A stretch of DNA of 11,748 bases from Candidatus Bathyarchaeia archaeon (GTDB lineage: Archaea; Thermoproteota; Bathyarchaeia; Bathyarchaeales; Bathycorpusculaceae), in contig JBEKKX010000054.1 of assembly GCA_050010515.1 (NCBI GenBank), positions 1 to 11,748 of the forward strand, in the 5' to 3' direction. The notes beneath the pieces were generated by a model, which was given only the letters and a program-made list of their open reading frames with translations, did not search any database and was not told the origin of the DNA. This document shows positions 6,389 through 11,748 of this stretch, in pieces (within the stretch, counting starts at the first letter, position 1; the number at the start of each line of letters is the position of its first letter). The position numbers and the translations under genes were made by a program.

Positions 6389-9010
6389 TTACGTGCCTCT
6401 TTGAAGTATTTTCTTGAGCTCCATCCAGAAAGTTGCTACAAACGCGGCAACGATAACTACTACCCAATCCGTTTCGGTTAAGCTTGTTATTCTAAGCGCG
6501 ACTGCTATACCAGGCACGTTTGTTGCAATCACCAGTGTACCTATGGCCATTAATGCCCAAAGCACCATGACCTTGTTTGAAAGAACACCAAGCTTTGAAA
6601 GTGGCTCTTTGTCGGACCGGAGGTTTAAGGCTAACAGTATGTGGCCTAGCATCCATGTGGCGAAAGCTACGGTCTGCGCATGCATCAGAGCGGATGGGAT
6701 TGGGTTTCCATACCATGTAAACAGGTAAGTTGCCGTCACCGCGGCGAACAAGCTTACTGCGCCTAAGGCTAGGCTTGTAAGCATGCTCTTGTTGATGAAT
6801 TTCTCGTTTGGGTTGTTCGGCGGCTTATTCATTATGCCTGCTTCTCCTGGTTCAGCGACGAAGGTGGCGGATGCAGCTAAATCCATGAATAATTCAAGCA
6901 CTATGATTTGTATGGGTGCCAAGGGAAGAGGAATGCCCAGTATGATTGGGACAAGGAAAATGGAGACTAAAGCTACTTTGCAGGCTAAATAGTAGCGAAC
7001 ACCTTTCCTTAAGTTGCTGTAGAGTTTCCGTCCTTCTTTAACTGCGGTTTGTATAGTGGCAAAATTGTCATCAGTTAAAATCATATCCGCCGTTTCTTTA
7101 GCAACATCGGTTCCGCGGATGCCCATTGCAATGCCTATATGTGCTTCTTTGAGGGCTGGAGCATCGTTTATTCCGTCACCCGTGACAGCTACGACTTCGC
7201 CGTTCTCCTTTAAGAGCCGAACCAACCGCAGTTTATCTTCAGGAGTAACTCGCGCGAAAACATCAGTGTTCCTTAACGCTTTCTTTAAGTCATCGTCACT
7301 CATCTTTGAGATTTCAATGCCAGTTAACACGTTAACGCTGTTTATTCCAACCTGAAAAGCGATGGCTTTGGCGGTTTCTGGGTGGTCTCCAGTAATCATT
7401 ATGACTCTTATGCCGGCTTGTTGGCATGTGCGGATGGCTCCTTTGACTTCTTTTCTTGGCGGATCAATGAAGCCTAAAATGCCGACAAAAACGATATCCC
7501 TTTCAAGATTTTGCTTGTCAAACGCTGAATCAGCATTTAACCTGCGGTAACCAAAACCGAGTAGGCGTTCACCCGAATGGGCCATTTGCGCCATGACTCT
7601 ACTTATTTCGTTTCTTATGGCATCATTGAGCGGGGTTTCTTCACCTTTAACTAAGATTTTTGTAGAGTTAGCCAAGACTCTTTCAGGGGCACCACTGGAT
7701 AAGACCACAAGGGAATTACCATATTGGTAGATGTAGGAAGCGAGTTTTCGTTTAACATCAAAGCTTAACTCGTCTTTTAGAACCCAATCTTTCGATATAT
7801 TCTGAGTATCAATACCATCCTGTTTAATGCGTTCCAGAATTGCCTGAGCCATAGGATTGCCCAGAACCGTGTTGCTTTCCATGTTTCCGATGGCGTCGCT
7901 TGCTAAAAACGCGGTTTTTAATGCTGCTTTCTCATTTTCCTTAAAATCTTGGCTCTTGCGGATTGCCCCGTCAAAGTAGAGATGTTCTAGTCGCATTTTG
8001 TTTTCTGTTAAAGTGCCGGTTTTATCTGTGGCTATGACTGTTACGTTTCCAAGGGTTTCGGCTGCTCGTAAACGTTTCACGATAGCGCCTTTTTTGGATA
8101 ACGCGTAGCCGCCAACGCCCAAAACCATGGTGATAATGATGGGCAGTTCCTCAGGGATAACAACAAAAGCCAACGATAACCCGTAAAGCACTGCTTCTGC
8201 TGGATTAGGCTGTATATGTCTAAGGTAACTTAAAACTGGAATAAGAATGCTGAAGAAAAGAGCAATCCACACTAGCGTTTTAGAAAGCTGCTTCATAGCC
8301 AGCTGAAGGCTTGTTTTGGGTTCCTTTGCAGCTTTAGTTATGCCTGCAACTCTTCCAAGCTCCGTGTTTATTCCGGTTGCAGTTACTAGAGCTTTGGCTC
8401 TTCCTCGAGTGGTTATTGTTCCAGCGAAAAGCATGTTTGTTTGCTCTGTGATTCTGGTTTCGCTTGGCAACGTCGCTGTGGCATCTTTCGCTACTGGGAA
8501 CGACTCACCCGTTAATGAGGACTCATCAACTTCTAGTCCAAAGGCTTCAAGTAATCTCGCATCTGCAGGGACTCTTTGACCAGTTTTTAAAAGTAAAATG
8601 TCGCCTGGAACAAGAAAATCCGTTTGGGTCTCTTTTGGTTGCCCATCTCTAAGTACTAGTGCAGTCGGTGGCGCCAGCTGCCTTAGCGAAGCGATTGAGC
8701 GTTTGGCTCTATATTCATTCCAAACTTCAGCTAAAACAAGGATTATTATTACAACAATTATTGTTAGGGCATCCTCTAAATTGCCCAACACGCTGTAGAG
8801 TACTCCTATAGCGATAAGCAGAAGAATCATGGGTTCAGTTACTTCTTCCCTGAAAATGCTCAAAAAACGAATTTCCCTTTGCTGAACAAAGGAGTTTTTT
8901 CCATACTTGTTTAGCCGCTGTGCTGCTTCTTGCTCGGTTAAGCCTTTATCAGGATCCACATCTAATTGATGGATTAATTCTTCTGTTTCTCGTGAATGCC
9001 ACTGGCTCAT
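6389..9010 (-). CDS. Cation-transporting P-type ATPase (P2-like) with atypical ion-binding residues
   Basis: DESSLTGES, DKTGTLT, MITGDHP, TGDGINDAPAL motifs; about ten TM segments; start assigned to MSQWH (9010) after an AGGTG Shine-Dalgarno-like motif. Confidence 0.96.
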   Translation of the reverse strand: MSQWHSRETEELIHQLDVDPDKGLTEQEAAQRLNKYGKNSFVQQREIRFLSIFREEVTEPMILLLIAIGVLYSVLGNLEDALTIIVVIIILVLAEVWNEYRAKRSIASLRQLAPPTALVLRDGQPKETQTDFLVPGDILLLKTGQRVPADARLLEAFGLEVDESSLTGESFPVAKDATATLPSETRITEQTNMLFAGTITTRGRAKALVTATGINTELGRVAGITKAAKEPKTSLQLAMKQLSKTLVWIALFFSILIPVLSYLRHIQPNPAEAVLYGLSLAFVVIPEELPIIITMVLGVGGYALSKKGAIVKRLRAAETLGNVTVIATDKTGTLTENKMRLEHLYFDGAIRKSQDFKENEKAALKTAFLASDAIGNMESNTVLGNPMAQAILERIKQDGIDTQNISKDWVLKDELSFDVKRKLASYIYQYGNSLVVLSSGAPERVLANSTKILVKGEETPLNDAIRNEISRVMAQMAHSGERLLGFGYRRLNADSAFDKQNLERDIVFVGILGFIDPPRKEVKGAIRTCQQAGIRVIMITGDHPETAKAIAFQVGINSVNVLTGIEISKMSDDDLKKALRNTDVFARVTPEDKLRLVRLLKENGEVVAVTGDGINDAPALKEAHIGIAMGIRGTDVAKETADMILTDDNFATIQTAVKEGRKLYSNLRKGVRYYLACKVALVSIFLVPIILGIPLPLAPIQIIVLELFMDLAASATFVAEPGEAGIMNKPPNNPNEKFINKSMLTSLALGAVSLFAAVTATYLFTWYGNPIPSALMHAQTVAFATWMLGHILLALNLRSDKEPLSKLGVLSNKVMVLWALMAIGTLVIATNVPGIAVALRITSLTETDWVVVIVAAFVATFWMELKKILQRGT

Positions 9011-9030
9011 CCGCGCAGCACCTTGAACCA

Positions 9031-9051
9031 ATTTAAATTTCGCATAATTGG
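9031..9051 (-). promoter_or_regulatory. BRE/TATA promoter of the P-type ATPase, containing the AATTATGC motif
   Basis: Minus strand reads CCAATTATGCGAAA-TTTAAAT, ending about 20 nt before ATG 9010. Confidence 0.65.
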
Positions 9052-9255
9052 GAACTTGCGATTAGAAGGGAATTAGCCCTAAAAAGATTGCGTAGATAAT
9101 CGCTAGAATTAATAGCGCTCGTTATTTCCATTTTTCACTGTTTATGTTACGGGTTAAGCTTTGCCTTAATCGAAAAACAACGCTTTAATATAAAAAACAT
9201 GGTTTAATACTTAATAAAAAACCAAAAATACGCAATGAATCCGCATAGCTATAGC

Positions 9256-9275
9256 AAAAATAGGAAACTATTTTT
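9256..9275 (-). terminator. AT-rich hairpin downstream of the predicted omegaRNA guide
   Basis: AAAAATAG-GAAA-CTATTTTT perfect 8-bp inverted repeat about 26 nt beyond the element end. Confidence 0.4.
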
Positions 9276-9281
9276 CACAAC

Positions 9282-9455
9282 CGATACTGCGCTAATTATG
9301 CGGTTCTATTAGCTCTTCAGGTGTTTTGTCAAAGGTTTTAACCTTCGGCTGCAAGAGCTACTGGTTCGCATCGACTCTTAGGATTAGGCATTTGTCGTTC
9401 CTTTACCATTGCTTCACTTGCGAACCCGTCAGGCTTGAACCTCAAGCCTCGCTGG
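9282..9455 (-). ncRNA. Predicted omegaRNA (reRNA) scaffold plus guide, overlapping the tnpB 3' end
   Basis: Adjacent and nested complementary segments: 9431-9438/9442-9449, 9363-9370/9419-9426, 9310-9317/9353-9360, 9332-9336/9341-9345; position typical of TnpB omegaRNAs; boundaries approximate. Confidence 0.7.
9294..9301. repeat. 8-bp direct repeat AATTATGC, copy 1 (candidate target-site duplication)
   Basis: Identical to 10587-10594; abuts the element end GGTTCT. Confidence 0.7.
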
Positions 9456-10495
9456 ACAATATTGTAGGCTGCGTTCTCATCTCTGTCCATAAGACGATTA
9501 CAGTGCGAACAGTAGACGTTCCTCTCTGCACATTCGGTTATAGGTGAACCACATGTCGAACAGACTGAGGAAGTCTTCTGAGGCTTAACGTAAATTACTG
9601 GGATTCCTTCCCAAGCTGCTTTATACTCAATTTGCCTTTGAAGCTCATAAAAGCTCCAACTGTTAAGCCTTGAACGGTACTCTTTGCCTTGCCCATTTCC
9701 TTTCCGATAAAGCTTGCGTATGCCCTTTAGGTCTTCCATAACTATGCCCTGTTTAGTGGCGACGGCTTGTTGTACAATTACTTTGCTGACAAGGTGAAGT
9801 CGTTGATTAACTCTGTTGCTCTGTTTCTCGCCATATTTGCCGAAAACCTTCTTTATAATTCTAGAATCATTCCGTTTAAAATGAGATTTCACCGTTCTAT
9901 AGACAGCTTTGATTCTTGAGGCTTCTGAAAGATCATAAACCTGTGTTTGCCCGTTTAGAGTAGCGGTTGTTACATTATCGAGGTTGCGATCTATTCCAAT
10001 TAGCCCCATGAAGGGCATCTTGTTCGCAGTTTCTTTCGAAAAAGCTATTGATAATGTGCAAGCATTCAAAGAAACGCTTCTAACGGCATAGCTCGAAATA
10101 ACAGTTTTCGTATGCTTATTCAAAGGAATGTATATGCCTTTGTTGCGTTTGCCGACTAATCTTAGGTTTTGCCCCATGATTCTGAAACCGTAGCAGTCTG
10201 TTAACATTCTTTTGGTTGCAAACGGTTTTTTCGCTTGTGGATGCTGTTTGAGGGTTTTTTTGTAGTTGCTGATTATTCCGACTGCTTTGCTGATAGCTGT
10301 TAAGCGATAGTATGTTGGAACATTGTATCTTGCAAGTTGATGATACGCTTTCTTGTTGAGTGATTGTTTAGAGGTGACGTTTTCTGCTATCCCTATGCGT
10401 ATGCAGTCGTTGAGCATTTTTCTAAAATCGTCTATTAAATGGAGGATTTCAGGCGTTGGAACATAGTTTTGTTTTACTGCCTTAATTGCTAGCAC
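9338..10495 (-). CDS. tnpB: RNA-guided endonuclease TnpB
   Basis: RuvC-I GIDRNL, RuvC-II IVMEDL, WSFYELQRQIEYKAAWEG, zinc finger TSSVCSTCG...YCSHC, RuvC-III DRDENAAYNI; GTG start at 10495 about 33 nt below the TATA box. Confidence 0.96.
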   Translation of the reverse strand: MLAIKAVKQNYVPTPEILHLIDDFRKMLNDCIRIGIAENVTSKQSLNKKAYHQLARYNVPTYYRLTAISKAVGIISNYKKTLKQHPQAKKPFATKRMLTDCYGFRIMGQNLRLVGKRNKGIYIPLNKHTKTVISSYAVRSVSLNACTLSIAFSKETANKMPFMGLIGIDRNLDNVTTATLNGQTQVYDLSEASRIKAVYRTVKSHFKRNDSRIIKKVFGKYGEKQSNRVNQRLHLVSKVIVQQAVATKQGIVMEDLKGIRKLYRKGNGQGKEYRSRLNSWSFYELQRQIEYKAAWEGIPVIYVKPQKTSSVCSTCGSPITECAERNVYCSHCNRLMDRDENAAYNIVQRGLRFKPDGFASEAMVKERQMPNPKSRCEPVALAAEG

Positions 10496-10528
10496 AGCTA
10501 TTACGCAAGCATTTTGTCTATTTAACAA

Positions 10529-10537
10529 TTATATAAG
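10529..10537 (-). promoter_or_regulatory. TATA box of tnpB, inside the element
   Basis: CTTATATAA on the minus strand upstream of GTG 10495. Confidence 0.6.
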
Positions 10538-10586
10538 AACCCGAACATTAACTAGTAAAAACAGCCACTCAAGCGTTAACGGTACC

Positions 10587-10594
10587 AATTATGC
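10587..10594. repeat. 8-bp direct repeat AATTATGC, copy 2 (candidate target-site duplication)
   Basis: Identical to 9294-9301; abuts GGTACC at the element end. Confidence 0.7.
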
Positions 10595-10606
10595 AAAACT
10601 TTATTA
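10593..10606 (+). promoter_or_regulatory. BRE/TATA promoter of the 10647 gene
   Basis: GCAAAA-CTTTATTA about 40 nt upstream of TTG 10647. Confidence 0.55.
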
Positions 10607-10646
10607 CAGCGCCAAACGTTTTGGATTCTAAAAAGGTAGAAGTAAA

Positions 10647-11570
10647 TTGAAATTCGGCACATACATGTTTGAAGCAAAGAAAGTTTCAGGCTTCGACTTT
10701 GACCTTTTCCGCGTGAAACCAGAAGTAGGCAGACGATTACCACCACAACCTGACATGCATAGCAACATTGCGATTTTCGGAGACAACGTTACTGCTCGTA
10801 ATCATCCAGATTGGATTTCACAATCAGACCTAGGTCCTGCATGGAGAACAAACGACAACTTCAATGTTCGCTGGGACATTCTCTGTGCAACCCAACCAGA
10901 ACACCGCGCAGAACAACTAGATTACATCGAAGACGTCGCTAGGAAAAGCCCAGGAATATGGCTAAACAGCATCCACTTCGCAGACCATGGACACTGCGTA
11001 TGCCCGCGTTGTAAGGAACTCCATGAAAAAAGCGGCTTAAGCTGGTATGAATGGCGAAGAAAAGAAATCACCGATTACATGGCGCAAGTAAGCGAACGAG
11101 TACGCGACCGAGCCAAGAAAAAATTTGTCATCGGTGTTCTTCCAGACCCAGTTACCAACTATGAACGTTTCGGAGTTAACTTTGATGATCTGGCCCCGCT
11201 CACAGACGAATTCCTCGTAGTCATGTTCAGCAAAAACTACGCTACACCGTGGTATTGGGAAATGCTCACCCGTAACTTCAAGAAACTCTTAAAAGACGTA
11301 CCTCTCAACATTGCATTGTACGTTATCGGTCCAGGCGACGACCCAAGAGAAACGCCAACCACAAGTGAACTCTTAACAGTATCAGTCCGCATGGCACGCG
11401 CAGGAGTAGACAATATTCTTTACTTAACCGACAAAGCAAAGCAAATGCAGGATTTCCAGAAAGCTGCAGTAGCTCAGACTGATGTTCGAGAGCGTTTGAA
11501 GAGCTATGGTGGCAAACAAGGCCAAGAAGTTCTTGACTTAGTTACAAGCTGGGAAAAGATCGTAGAATAA
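10647..11570 (+). CDS. Uncharacterised glycoside-hydrolase-like TIM-barrel protein with a CxCxxC motif
   Basis: ARNHPDW, LCATQPEHR, GIWLNSIHF, HCVCPRC, WYEWRRKEITDYM and FGVNFDDLA patterns resemble GHL10/GH42-like barrels; the family assignment is tentative. Confidence 0.6.
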   Translation: MKFGTYMFEAKKVSGFDFDLFRVKPEVGRRLPPQPDMHSNIAIFGDNVTARNHPDWISQSDLGPAWRTNDNFNVRWDILCATQPEHRAEQLDYIEDVARKSPGIWLNSIHFADHGHCVCPRCKELHEKSGLSWYEWRRKEITDYMAQVSERVRDRAKKKFVIGVLPDPVTNYERFGVNFDDLAPLTDEFLVVMFSKNYATPWYWEMLTRNFKKLLKDVPLNIALYVIGPGDDPRETPTTSELLTVSVRMARAGVDNILYLTDKAKQMQDFQKAAVAQTDVRERLKSYGGKQGQEVLDLVTSWEKIVE

Positions 11571-11652
11571 GCCTCATAAAAACCGTTACATTGCAGGCAT
11601 GAGTGGTGTAAAACCACCAGGCTGCCCTTTTTATTAAAACTTGACGAGAATA

Positions 11653-11672
11653 CTGCAACCGTTAGGTTGCAG
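11653..11672. repeat. Perfect 8-bp inverted repeat
   Basis: CTGCAACC-GTTA-GGTTGCAG. Confidence 0.75.
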
Positions 11673-11715
11673 ATGAATCGGCAGTAGGTTCTTTTGCTAA
11701 CTCGCTAAGTGTGTT

Positions 11716-11748
11716 TCCTAGACGGCAGGTTGCGTCTACCGTCTAGGA
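11716..11748. repeat. 10-bp perfect inverted repeat (13-bp stem with one G-U on the minus strand) at the window edge
   Basis: TCCTAGACGG...CCGTCTAGGA. Confidence 0.8.

Larger units (their letters stand above)
9302..10586 (-). mobile_element. Non-autonomous tnpB-only element (1285 bp) with imperfect TIRs and an 8-bp direct repeat
   Basis: Ends GGTTCTATTAGCTCTT (9302-9317) and, read inward from 10586, GGTACCGTTAACGCTT (11/16 identical); flanked by AATTATGC on both sides; no transposase gene. Confidence 0.65.

Noticed and set aside
3859-8798. Plus-strand ORFs opposite DUF167, topIB, the peptidase and the ATPase (including the 200-aa ORF 4710-5312)
   Set aside because: Antisense shadows with biased composition and no motifs.
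9050-9300. CRISPR array or tnpA remnant beside tnpB (Cas12f or IS605 interpretation)
   Set aside because: No repeat-spacer periodicity and no HUH or serine-recombinase coding remnant visible on either side.
9338-10495. Nuclease-dead TnpB (TldR)
   Set aside because: All three RuvC acidic residues (GID, MED, RDEN) and the zinc finger are intact.
11590-11748. tRNA or rRNA fragment
   Set aside because: No cloverleaf, T-loop motif or recognisable rRNA sequence.

Overview
Archaeal chromosomal window; the eukaryote-like topoisomerase IB, the zinc-ribbon aRF1 and the TATA/BRE promoters suggest a TACK lineage, probably Bathyarchaeia (inference). Left to right: aRF1; a small accessory patch (tandem AbrB-like regulator preceded by five phased 10-bp repeats, a membrane-anchored PNGase/transglutaminase-like protein, an orphan DUF433 antitoxin, a decayed second AbrB copy, two small ORFs); a minus-strand run of P-type ATPase, HExxH metallopeptidase, topoisomerase IB and DUF167; a solo tnpB; and a divergent TIM-barrel GH-like gene. 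The most striking signal is the tnpB element (9302-10586). It has no TnpA. It is bounded by imperfect terminal inverted repeats starting GGT (the right end GGTTCTATT resembles IS6-family ends) and by an exact 8-bp direct repeat, AATTATGC, i.e. DDE-transposon-type ends around an RNA-guided nuclease. The same 8-mer, which is the seed of the predicted omegaRNA guide, sits against the BRE/TATA of both flanking divergent genes, next to a TTT(T/C) candidate TAM.
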